In this document: one piece after another, positions 28,906-36,983 of the stretch
How the letters are laid out: every line of letters begins with the position of its first letter
Position numbering within the stretch: the stretch's first letter is position 1
Assembly (NCBI GenBank): GCA_965224575.1
Contig: CBDCZQ010000001.1
Coordinates: 94,798 to 158,797 of the forward strand
Source of the DNA: Methylococcales bacterium
Lineage (GTDB): Bacteria; Pseudomonadota; Gammaproteobacteria; Methylococcales; Methylomonadaceae
Reading direction: 5' to 3'
DNA length: 64,000 nt
Notes under the pieces: model-generated
The model's input: only the letters and a program-made list of their open reading frames with translations
Told to the model about the DNA's origin: nothing
The model's database searches: none
Translations under genes and position numbers: made by a program

Positions 28906-30019
28906 AGTAATGCTGATTGTTCTAATGCTTGTTTCACCCCTTGCCTGGAGCCATAAATCCAGCGACAGCTTTATTGATTTAAATGTTATTAATGACAATA
29001 TTGCAGGTCGTTGGGATATTGCTTTAAGGGATTTAGAATATGCACTGGCTTTGGATGGAGATGGTGATGGAGAAATCACCTGGTTTGAATTACGAACTCG
29101 ATATCAAGATATTGAAACCTATGCATTCGCTCATTTTCAGGTGAACAATAATCTTGATAAATGTGTTCATAAAATAGGACAATTACAAGTAGATCATCGT
29201 TCAGATGGCGTCTATGCAGTAATAAGTTTTAACCTGCAATGTTCAAAGCCTGTCGATCAACTTACCGTGAATTATCAATTATTGTTTGATTTGGATCCTA
29301 CTCACCGAGGTTTGGTGCAAATAGGTAAAGGTGATAATTCCTATTTTTTAATTTTCAGCCCCGAGAAGCAACTAATAGAGATAAATTTCAGATTATCAAA
29401 TCAATGGCAGACATTTCTTCAGTTTTTAACAGAAGGTATTTGGCATATCTGGAAAGGTTATGATCACATTCTGTTTTTGCTTTGTCTGTTATTACCCTCA
29501 GTAGTCAGAAAAACGGCTATAGGTAGGGGGCAATATGATCGCTTTACTAGCATACTCTGGCAGGTTGGAAAAATTGTCACGGCCTTTACCATTGCACACT
29601 CCATCACTCTAATTCTAGGTGTTTTACAAGTGCTTAGTTTGCCAGCAAGACTGGTAGAGTCAGTGATTGCTTTTTCCGTTATTTTAGTTGCAGCAAATAA
29701 CCTGACTCCTTTTTTTAATGAACGCACCTGGTTGGTTGCTTTCATCTTTGGTTTAATTCATGGTTTTGGATTTGCCAGTGTACTGGCTGATTTAGGGTTG
29801 ACGACTGCTAACTTTGGAGTTGCTCTAGTTAGTTTTAATTTGGGTGTTGAGATAGGACAATTGGCTATTGTATCGATATTTTTGCCAGTTGCTTATTATT
29901 TAAGACAATACTGGTTTTATAAACGTGTGATTTTATATGCTGGATCACAAGCAATCATATTATTGGCTACAGTCTGGTTTTTGCAAAGAGCTTTCGACTT
30001 AAATTTATTAAATGCCTAG
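28895..30019 (+). CDS. HupE/UreJ-family membrane protein with an N-terminal periplasmic domain
   Basis: Signal peptide, then a ~170-aa soluble part, then GYDHILFLLCLLL...FTIAHSITL...GLIHGFGFA...FNLGVEIGQL, HupE/UreJ-like TM motifs. Confidence 0.7.
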   Translation: MKPRVMLIVLMLVSPLAWSHKSSDSFIDLNVINDNIAGRWDIALRDLEYALALDGDGDGEITWFELRTRYQDIETYAFAHFQVNNNLDKCVHKIGQLQVDHRSDGVYAVISFNLQCSKPVDQLTVNYQLLFDLDPTHRGLVQIGKGDNSYFLIFSPEKQLIEINFRLSNQWQTFLQFLTEGIWHIWKGYDHILFLLCLLLPSVVRKTAIGRGQYDRFTSILWQVGKIVTAFTIAHSITLILGVLQVLSLPARLVESVIAFSVILVAANNLTPFFNERTWLVAFIFGLIHGFGFASVLADLGLTTANFGVALVSFNLGVEIGQLAIVSIFLPVAYYLRQYWFYKRVILYAGSQAIILLATVWFLQRAFDLNLLNA

Positions 30020-30169
30020 AAAATAGAGTGAATTGTGTTTTTATCTTTATTCAGGTATTGTTGAAATGTTAGAAACAACAGATAAAACAAACAAGATAGC
30101 GCGATCGTTAATGATCAGTCAAAAGACTGAGGGCGATCAAGGTGCGATTTTTCCAAAGGTGATATTCAT

Positions 30170-30754
30170 TTGGCTACAGAAGACCTTACGACCTGTTTAG
30201 CAGAGATTAAAGAACAAAGCGAAGATGCCTTGAGTCAGTTCTATGACCAAACGATTAATAGCGTTTATGGTTTGGCACTGCGCATAACAGGTAACGGTGA
30301 AGACGCGGAAGAGGTTGTTTCTGATGTGTATTTACAAGTTTGGGATCAAGCTGACCTTTACCAGAATGAGAAAGGTTCCATCATGGCTTGGCTGTTAACT
30401 ATTTGCCGATCCCGAGCGATTGATCGTTTTCGTAAACGGCAACGATCCAGTCAGGAAATTTCAGATGAGGAATGTGCCGAATTAATGAGTGCAATTGCCA
30501 GTCCGGAATATCTTTTATCTAATACTCAACAATATTCATCTATAAACCAAGCATTGAAAAAACTATCAGTAACCCAGCGTCAACTTTTATCATTAGCTTT
30601 TTTTAAAGGTATGACCTATCAGGAAATAGCTAATTTTATCGATATGCCACTTGGCACAGTTAAAAGTCATATTCGCAGAAGTTTACTTGAGCTAAAATCG
30701 GAACCCGCATTGCAATATTGTTACTCTTCCAATAGGGAGGAAGACCATGGCTAA
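30170..30754 (+). CDS. ECF-type sigma-70 factor
   Basis: Region 2: FYDQTINSVYGLALRITGNGEDAEEVVSDVYLQVW. Region 4: LSVTQRQLLSLAFFKGMTYQEIANFIDMPLGTVKSHIRRSL. The start codon is uncertain (TTG 30170). Confidence 0.8.
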   Translation: MATEDLTTCLAEIKEQSEDALSQFYDQTINSVYGLALRITGNGEDAEEVVSDVYLQVWDQADLYQNEKGSIMAWLLTICRSRAIDRFRKRQRSSQEISDEECAELMSAIASPEYLLSNTQQYSSINQALKKLSVTQRQLLSLAFFKGMTYQEIANFIDMPLGTVKSHIRRSLLELKSEPALQYCYSSNREEDHG

Positions 30755-31202
30755 GCAAAATAAAACAGTGACAGATATTATCTCAAAGAACATTACTGAT
30801 GCTATAGCGGAAGCGGTGACTCCCATCGCACCTCCTGTAACAAGAGCGTCTGAACTTAAAGCTCGCGTAATGGCACGTATTAGCGGAAAAAAATCATTTG
30901 ATTTGATGACAGTTAAAGCTGAAGATGGAGAGTGGATCACCCTATTACCGGGAGTGGAAAAAAAGGTTCTAAGTGAGAGTGCGGAAGGGCTAGTGCAGTC
31001 ATATTTATTGAGAATGGCCGCAGGCTCTACGATACCCCCACATAAGCATGACACTAATGAAGAATGTTTAATGCTGGAAGGTGACGCAATGATCGGTGAT
31101 ATTGCTTTATCGGTAGGTGATTATCATTTTGCGCCTAAAGGCTCGAAACATGGGCTGGTCACAACTGAAACAGGTGTTTTAGCCTTTTTTCGTGCCTATT
31201 AA
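30747..31202 (+). CDS. ChrR-like cupin protein (putative anti-sigma factor lacking the HxxxCxxC zinc motif)
   Basis: It overlaps the end of the sigma gene. The cupin core is GSTIPPHKHDTNEECLMLEGDAMIGD...YHFAPKGSKHG. The N-terminal ~50 aa contain no Cys or His. The stop codon lies inside the hairpin repeat at 31199. Confidence 0.6.
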   Translation: MAKQNKTVTDIISKNITDAIAEAVTPIAPPVTRASELKARVMARISGKKSFDLMTVKAEDGEWITLLPGVEKKVLSESAEGLVQSYLLRMAAGSTIPPHKHDTNEECLMLEGDAMIGDIALSVGDYHFAPKGSKHGLVTTETGVLAFFRAY

Positions 31203-31237
31203 GGAACCTCTAATCGACTTAATCAGAGGTTCCTTAA
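31199..31237. repeat. TIR-only mini copy of the TTAAGGAACCTCT palindromic element
   Basis: TTAAGGAACCTCTAATCGACTTAATCAGAGGTTCCTTAA: the two ends of the 8160-8323 element joined by a short loop. Confidence 0.75.
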
Positions 31238-31238
31238 C

Positions 31239-31356
31239 CTATGTATCTAAAGTGATAACTACATTTCCCTTATTGTGCTTTTTTTCAATACAGCGATGAG
31301 CTTCAATTTTTTGTTCCAAAGGATAGCATTTATCAATGATTGCTTTTATTTTCTCA
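31239..31356 (-). pseudogene. 3' remnant of a medium-chain (Zn-type) dehydrogenase/quinone oxidoreductase gene
   Basis: The minus-strand translation PEKIKAIIDKCYPLEQKIEAHRCIEKKHNKGNVVITLDT* (stop 31239-31241) has the typical MDR C-terminus pattern ...PLE...EAH...E...GK.V. It ends exactly at the duplication boundary. Confidence 0.5.
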
Positions 31357-31482
31357 GGGTTTTCTACTGTCAAAGCAAATGATATGGATGAGGCCATTTC
31401 AATCACTAAAGAATGTCCTGTTTTTAATTATCCCGATATTGTAGTTGAAGTAAGAGAAGTGATGAATATTGAGTGCTCATAA
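31357..31482 (+). pseudogene. 3' remnant (41 codons) of a YciI-family gene
   Basis: GFSTVKANDMDEAISITKECPVFNYPDIVVEVREVMNIECS* compares with GFSIVKANDMDEAISIAKECPIFNYPDIVVEVREVMNIECS* at the end of 25013-25369. No upstream coding sequence is present. Confidence 0.8.
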
Positions 31483-31521
31483 CTTTCGGTTTTAATTATA
31501 GGAGACAATCTAAGGGAAAAT

Positions 31522-31795
31522 ATGACAAAATTTTATACCGGTACACTCTATGTAAAACCTGAACATACCGCTAATTTAAATTAAATCGTTTGAAGGATTG
31601 AACCAAGCTCCAGGGCGTATTGCACATAAAGGTTATAGAGGCCTTGAAGATAAAAATAAAGTAACACTAGTTGAAGAATGGGAAAACAAAGAAGATCATG
31701 AAAACTTTATTAACGCTTTTTCAGAAGAAGAGATGGATCAATGGCTAAATATGCTTTCTCAAAAGGGTGAAGACTCATACTATGAAGTGATATAA
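31522..31795 (+). pseudogene. ABM-domain gene copy with a +1 frameshift
   Basis: MTKFYTGTLYVKPEHTANLN* is then followed in another frame by ...APGRIAHKGYRGLEDKNKVTLVEEWENKEDHENFINAFSEEEMDQWLNMLSQKGEDSYYEVI*. Compared with copy A there is one extra A in CTAATTTAAATTAAATCG. Confidence 0.8.
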
Positions 31796-31818
31796 AGCAG
31801 TTTAATTACTTTTTAATT

Positions 31819-33087
31819 TTACTTTTCAATTAAAAGACGCTCTATTTGATGCATCATGACTCGATGTTCCTGTGGAGTGCCTCCCCTTTTCCTGGATTTA
31901 TCAGCCAATAAATAAGCCCGTTTTGCATTGCCTGCTTTGGCATTTAAATGAGCCAGTATGGCTAAAGGCATATGTGAATGCTTTAGTGCTTTATGTCCCT
32001 CTATAGCTTCAATCCGTTTAATTGCAGCACTTATATCCCCAGTATAGCCAATAGCAATGGCCTGATTTAAACGCGCAATGGGGGAGTTTGTAATTTCAAT
32101 TAGTTTCTCATAGTGTTCGACAATAATACCCCAATTTGTTTTATCAAAATCAATGGCCTGGCAGTGTTCTCTGGCAATTAGAGCTTCATAGAAAAATCGG
32201 CTTGAAGCATGATTGGGAGCTAAACTGACTAGATTTAGAAAGTAGTTGGCCGTATTAATATACTCCGTTTTCCAAAGCTTTCTATTCTGCTGATCAATAG
32301 GAATATTAAAGCCATCCTTATCTACTCTTGAATCAATTCTGGCAATATGAAAGTGCATTAAAGCGAATAATGCCAATGTCTCCTGATTAGCTATTCTAGG
32401 TTCATCAATTAACAAGTTGACCAACCCAATAGCTTCTTGGCAGAACATGATGTTTGTTGCTTTTTTCTCGTCGGAGCTATGAAACCCTTCGTTAAATAGA
32501 AGATATAATACAGTGTGAACCGTATCCATAACCTCAATTATTTTTTCAGGTATTGGAAATTCAAAGTTGTGATGTTTAAGTTTTTGTTTTGTTCTTAAAA
32601 GTCTTTTTTTTACGGTAGCTTCTGGCAGTAAGAGCGCTCTGGCAATAGCCTGAATACTAAATCCGCAAAGTGTTTTTAAAATAAAGGGAATTCTGTTTTC
32701 AGGTTTTATATCCTCATGACAGCACATAAACATTAGTCGTAGTTCGTCGTCTTTTATATTGGATTCTTGAAACTCTCGTTCAATGGTATTGCCCAGAGAC
32801 CATTCACTTTCTAATAATTGAGTTAAATCATCTGCAAATTTAGTTCTGGTTTTATTTGCTCTGATGGTATCTATAGCTTGATTCTTGGCTGTTTGAATAA
32901 TCCAGGCTGACGGCTTATCTGGAATGCCTTTTTGCTGCCAAGAAATCAGCGCCTTACTAAAGGCATCCTGGAGTGTATCTTCAGCCAATTCAAAATTATG
33001 GGGGCCAAAAATTCGAGTAAGTACTGCTAGTAATCGAGTCGCATCTGTTTTATAAATTTGGGCTATATGAGCTTTAATATCATCCAT
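31819..33087 (-). CDS. Sigma-70 family factor with a long C-terminal helical extension (COG4941-like)
   Basis: 422 aa. Region 2: LAEDTLQDAFSKALISW...PSAWIIQTAKNQAIDTIR. Region 4: FILKTLCGFSIQAIARALLLPEATVKKRLLRTKQKL. A ~220-aa TPR-like tail follows. It pairs with YciI/ABM genes. Confidence 0.75.
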   Translation of the reverse strand: MDDIKAHIAQIYKTDATRLLAVLTRIFGPHNFELAEDTLQDAFSKALISWQQKGIPDKPSAWIIQTAKNQAIDTIRANKTRTKFADDLTQLLESEWSLGNTIEREFQESNIKDDELRLMFMCCHEDIKPENRIPFILKTLCGFSIQAIARALLLPEATVKKRLLRTKQKLKHHNFEFPIPEKIIEVMDTVHTVLYLLFNEGFHSSDEKKATNIMFCQEAIGLVNLLIDEPRIANQETLALFALMHFHIARIDSRVDKDGFNIPIDQQNRKLWKTEYINTANYFLNLVSLAPNHASSRFFYEALIAREHCQAIDFDKTNWGIIVEHYEKLIEITNSPIARLNQAIAIGYTGDISAAIKRIEAIEGHKALKHSHMPLAILAHLNAKAGNAKRAYLLADKSRKRGGTPQEHRVMMHQIERLLIEK

Positions 33088-33240
33088 AGTAGTGAGTGTG
33101 CTTTTTCCACGTTTAAGCCGGTTTCTTAACAGATACTGTAATCGAAGTAAGAGTATAATACTGCTTATTTAAGAATATGCTTTATATTTTATTCAATGAT
33201 AGATATGACGATTTATTTAGGTTGATTAGTAAGCCAAAAT

Positions 33241-33351
33241 CTTGAAGCTCGTAGGGCGGAAAAACGATGGTACACTCCACCTTTTCCTTAAAAATGTCGG
33301 ATTACGTGTCGCTCCATCCAACCTACGAAGTATGCCGTACGGGCTTCAAAG
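33241..33351. repeat. Hairpin-flanked intergenic element containing the CCAACCTAC motif
   Basis: CTTGAAGCTCGTA (33241-33253) pairs with TACGGGCTTCAAG-like (33338-33351). The interior contains ...CTCCATCCAACCTACG. Its relationship to the 6004 family is only partial. Confidence 0.4.
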
Positions 33352-33401
33352 AGTATAATAGAATTTAATCTTAAAGCTTATCTTCGATTGAGTTCTTATC
33401 C

Positions 33402-34099
33402 ATGTTAAAAATACTTTTTGTTGCTTTTATCTTCTTATCTGGGTTAGCTGGTTGTGCAGGAGATATAAAGAAAAAGCCAGCAGTACCAAAGAATCAAATA
33501 GACTGTCAAGGACAAAGTCAAAAAAACTACCTCGAACCAATAAGACACAAAGTGAGACAAAATTACCAGAAGAAACTAAATTACCAGAAAAAGAAAAGTT
33601 AATTCCTTTAAAAAAGGCTACTCAAAAAAAACTGAAACCGCCTTCTGAAAAACACACACCTTTAACGGAAGAGGAGGCATTGAAAAAACAAATTGCCGAA
33701 CTGGGTAAACAAATTCGATATAGAAAAAAAAGTTCAAAAAAAAGTCAAAAAAAAACTAGAATCAAATATGTAAATTCTGTAAGTGGGCACAGAGATGTTG
33801 CTGCTCAATATGTAAAAGATTGGGAACGAAAGATAGTATGTGCTGTGCATCTAAATTATCCAGAGAGTGCGAAAAGTAAAAAACCTCTAAGATTGGCGAT
33901 ATCAGTTGGTATAAATACAGATGGCTCTATTTACAGCATACGAATTGATAGAACGTCTGGAATACAGTTGGTTGATGCTGCTATGAAACGAAGTGTAAGG
34001 CAAAGCGCACCTTTTCCTGCTTTACCTAAAGTACTGCTAGAAGAGCTTGATATCTTGATGATAAAGAGCTTTTGGACTTTCTGGGATGAGAGCTTCTAA
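33402..34099 (+). CDS. TonB-like lipoprotein (Lys/Pro/Glu-rich linker plus TonB C-terminal domain); the signal peptide is in a different frame (frameshift or error)
   Basis: Frame A gives MLKILFVAFIFLSGLAGCAGDIKKKPAVPKNQ... (lipobox LAGC) and stops at 33602. Frame B (33452-34099) gives ...KLPEETKLPEKEKLIPLKK...NYPESAKSKKPLRLAISVGINTDGSIYSIRIDRTSGIQLVDAAMKRSVRQSAPFPALP. The join is possible at A5 (33471-33475) or A7 (33520-33526). Confidence 0.65.
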
Positions 34100-34320
34100 T
34101 TGATGAAAAACTATAAAATATCTCATTATAATTGAGGGTAATTTAACTTTAATATTCGACTTGCGTCTGTTGTTTGGCTAAATAATATTTGTATTAGAAA
34201 CGATGATCTCTTTATACCTTGTAACTAAAATACATTATGGAGTTTGATTGATTTTTTTAATGGATTCTCAATATATTTGCCTTTTGTTGGGAACAGTTAC
34301 TTTGTATAGCGGATAATAAA

Positions 34321-35304
34321 TCAAGCAATAACAATTTTATTTAAAGCCCCCGCTTGTTCATTAACTAGTTTAGGGACTAAATACCCAGGTAATTGTGTTT
34401 TTATTTGATCCATCAGTGAAATAGCTGTTTTTTGATTAACTTCAAAATGATGAGTTCCTGATGCTCTATCAAGCAAGTGTAGATAATAGGGTAATATTTC
34501 AAATGAAAAAAGTCTTTCACTTAGCGCAACTAATTCCTCTGCTGTATCATTAATGCCTTTCAATAAAACAGATTGATTTAACAACGTTACATTACAATTT
34601 TTTATTTTTTGACAGGCGATTCTTACATTCTCACTTAACTCATTTGTATGGTTTGAATGGACTACAAAAATAATGTTTTTTTTGATTGTTGATAGTGACT
34701 GACAGAAGTCCTTTGTAATTCTGCTAGGTAATACTATGGGAATACGACTGTGGATCCTTATTCGTTTTAAATGACTAATTTTATCTAACTGGTCAATTAA
34801 GCTGAACAGTTTTTTGTTATTGAGGAGTAACGGGTCGCCGCCACTTAATATAACTTCTGAAATGTCTTGATTATCTTTAATGTATTGTATTGCTTGATCT
34901 AGTTTTTGTGTGCGGAGTTGAAAGTTGGAATATGGAAAGTTTCTACGAAAGCAATAACGACAATTAATAGCACAACTACCGGTAGTAATAAAAAGAACTC
35001 TCCCATGATATTTATGGATAACCCCTGTTTCTGCCATCGCACTAATATCGCCTACTGGATCGTTACTGAACCCTTGGAATTCAACTTCTTCATCTTGAAT
35101 AGGTAGAATTTGCTTAAGCAAAGGATCATTAAAATTACCTTTTTCCATTCTATCTACAAATTCTCTAGGGACACGCAAAGGAAATTCAGCCGAATGTAAA
35201 ATGCTATTCTGGCTAGGTGTAAGATCTAGATAGTTACAAAGTTCTTTTGCATTGCTAAATCCTTCTGTTAGTTCCTGTTGCCATGTTTTTAGATTTTGAT
35301 TCAA
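34321..35304 (-). CDS. epmB: EF-P beta-lysylation protein (lysine 2,3-aminomutase-like radical SAM enzyme)
   Basis: CAINCRYCFRR radical-SAM CxxxCxxC motif, SGGDPL and the length of 327 aa. It is divergent from efp. Confidence 0.88.
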   Translation of the reverse strand: MNQNLKTWQQELTEGFSNAKELCNYLDLTPSQNSILHSAEFPLRVPREFVDRMEKGNFNDPLLKQILPIQDEEVEFQGFSNDPVGDISAMAETGVIHKYHGRVLFITTGSCAINCRYCFRRNFPYSNFQLRTQKLDQAIQYIKDNQDISEVILSGGDPLLLNNKKLFSLIDQLDKISHLKRIRIHSRIPIVLPSRITKDFCQSLSTIKKNIIFVVHSNHTNELSENVRIACQKIKNCNVTLLNQSVLLKGINDTAEELVALSERLFSFEILPYYLHLLDRASGTHHFEVNQKTAISLMDQIKTQLPGYLVPKLVNEQAGALNKIVIA

Positions 35305-35377
35305 ATTTTTTCCTATATTGTGACCGCACGAAGTATATTATAATGTGCTGATTACAGTTTGTTTATATGAGAAAAAA

Positions 35378-35947
35378 ATGGCTAAATATAGTACTAATGA
35401 ATTTAAAGCGGGCTTAAAAATAATGCTGGATGCTGATCCTTGCGCAATTATTGAGAATGAATTTATCAAGCCAGGTAAAGGCCAAGCTTTTAATCGAGTC
35501 AAAATTAGAAATTTAAAAACCGGTCGTGTAATAGAGCGTACTTTTAAATCAGGCGAGTCTGTAGAGGGTGCAGATGTTGTCGATATGGAAATGCAGTTTT
35601 TATATAGTGATGGTGAATTTTGGCACTTTATGGAACCCGATACATTTGAACAATATCAAGCTGATGAAAATGCCGTTGCGGATTCAGTTAAGTGGTTAAA
35701 AGATCAGGATATTTGCACTATGACATTATGGAATGATTCCCCATTAACAGTGACCCCGCCTAACTTTGTTGAATTAGCGATTGCTGAAACAGATCCTGGT
35801 TTAAAAGGTGATACCTCTGGCGGCGGTGGAAAACCGGCAACTTTAGAAACAGGTGCTGTGGTTCGAGTTCCTCTTTTTATCCAAATTGGTGAATTAATTA
35901 AAGTTGACACACGCACAGGAGAGTATGTGTCTAGAGTTAAAGATTAA
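35378..35947 (+). CDS. efp: Translation elongation factor P
   Basis: [50 protein letters not shown] contains the KPGKG loop with the modified Lys. The likely start is ATG 35378; the ORF track begins at 35345. Confidence 0.93.
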   Translation: MAKYSTNEFKAGLKIMLDADPCAIIENEFIKPGKGQAFNRVKIRNLKTGRVIERTFKSGESVEGADVVDMEMQFLYSDGEFWHFMEPDTFEQYQADENAVADSVKWLKDQDICTMTLWNDSPLTVTPPNFVELAIAETDPGLKGDTSGGGGKPATLETGAVVRVPLFIQIGELIKVDTRTGEYVSRVKD

Positions 35948-35956
35948 ATCCGTTTT

Positions 35957-36937
35957 GTGACGGAGCTATGGAAACCAGCTTGTGAGATAAAGCAACTACG
36001 TTTACGAGCACAGATGTTATCAACTATTCGTGGTTTTTTTGATCGTAAAGTAGTGATGGAAGTTGAAACGCCTTTGCTTTGTCAGGCAACAGGGACTGAT
36101 CCTCAACTTGATTTTTTTTCAACTGAATATCACGTATTGCCAAGAAATAAACCGATGTACTTACAGACATCGCCTGAATTTGCAATGAAAAGACTGCTAG
36201 CTGCTGGAAGTGGATCTATTTTTCAAATATGTAAAGCCTTTAGGAATGGAGAGTCTGGCAAGTTTCATAATCCTGAGTTTTCTATTCTTGAGTGGTACCG
36301 AGTTGATTTTAATTTAGAGCAATTAATAGATGAAGTGATTGATTTTTTGACTGAACTATTAGACGGTTATTGTGTTATTGAGTCAGTTCAAAAAGTTAGC
36401 TATGGAGATATTTTTAAACAGGTTACGGGTTTAAATGCATTTAACTTTTGTCAACAAAATTACGAATCGTATGCGTCAAAAAATTCGATTTCTGATGCGA
36501 TTAAAATTTGTGGGTCTGATCATTCGATGTGGCTAGATTTTATTTTTAGTCATCAAGTTCAACCTCAATTAAAAAAATATACGATCTGTATAGTTTCTGG
36601 CTATCCAGCGATTCAATCATCGTTGGCAAGAATAAATAGTCACAATCCAGATATTGCAGATAGATTTGAGGTTTTTATCAAAGGAATAGAAATAGGTAAT
36701 GGTTTTTTTGAATTATCAGATGCCAAAGAACAGGAAAGTCGTTTTAATCAAGAAAACAAAATCAGACATACAAAAGATTTAGAACTAGTTGAGAAAGACC
36801 AGCTTTTTCTTCAAGCACTTAAGGCTGGATTACCTGATTGTAGTGGTATTGCTTTAGGGCTGGACAGATTGTTGATGATAATGACGAATACACAAGATAT
36901 TGAAGATGTTATAAGCTTTCCCTTAGGGCGAGCATGA
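35957..36937 (+). CDS. epmA: EF-P-lysine lysyltransferase (truncated LysRS paralogue, GenX/PoxA)
   Basis: Class II aaRS core without an anticodon domain: FFDRKVVMEVETPLL, LQTSPEFAMKRLLAAG, FRNGESGKFHNPEFSILEWY, GCSGIALGLDRLLM. 326 aa, GTG start. Confidence 0.88.
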   Translation: MTELWKPACEIKQLRLRAQMLSTIRGFFDRKVVMEVETPLLCQATGTDPQLDFFSTEYHVLPRNKPMYLQTSPEFAMKRLLAAGSGSIFQICKAFRNGESGKFHNPEFSILEWYRVDFNLEQLIDEVIDFLTELLDGYCVIESVQKVSYGDIFKQVTGLNAFNFCQQNYESYASKNSISDAIKICGSDHSMWLDFIFSHQVQPQLKKYTICIVSGYPAIQSSLARINSHNPDIADRFEVFIKGIEIGNGFFELSDAKEQESRFNQENKIRHTKDLELVEKDQLFLQALKAGLPDCSGIALGLDRLLMIMTNTQDIEDVISFPLGRA

Positions 36938-36983
36938 TATACTTCTTCCATTTGACTATGAATTTTTTTAAACGGGTACGTTA

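Larger units (their letters stand above)
31355..31961. repeat. Copy B of the ~620-bp direct segmental duplication (partner 25242-25869)
   Basis: See copy A. It contains a YciI 3' remnant, a frameshifted ABM gene and the intact 3' end of the sigma gene. Confidence 0.85.

Noticed and set aside
34321-36937. The epmB / efp / epmA cluster as something unusual.
   Set aside because: It is a complete but entirely conventional EF-P beta-lysylation locus. It is useful only as a taxonomic hint.
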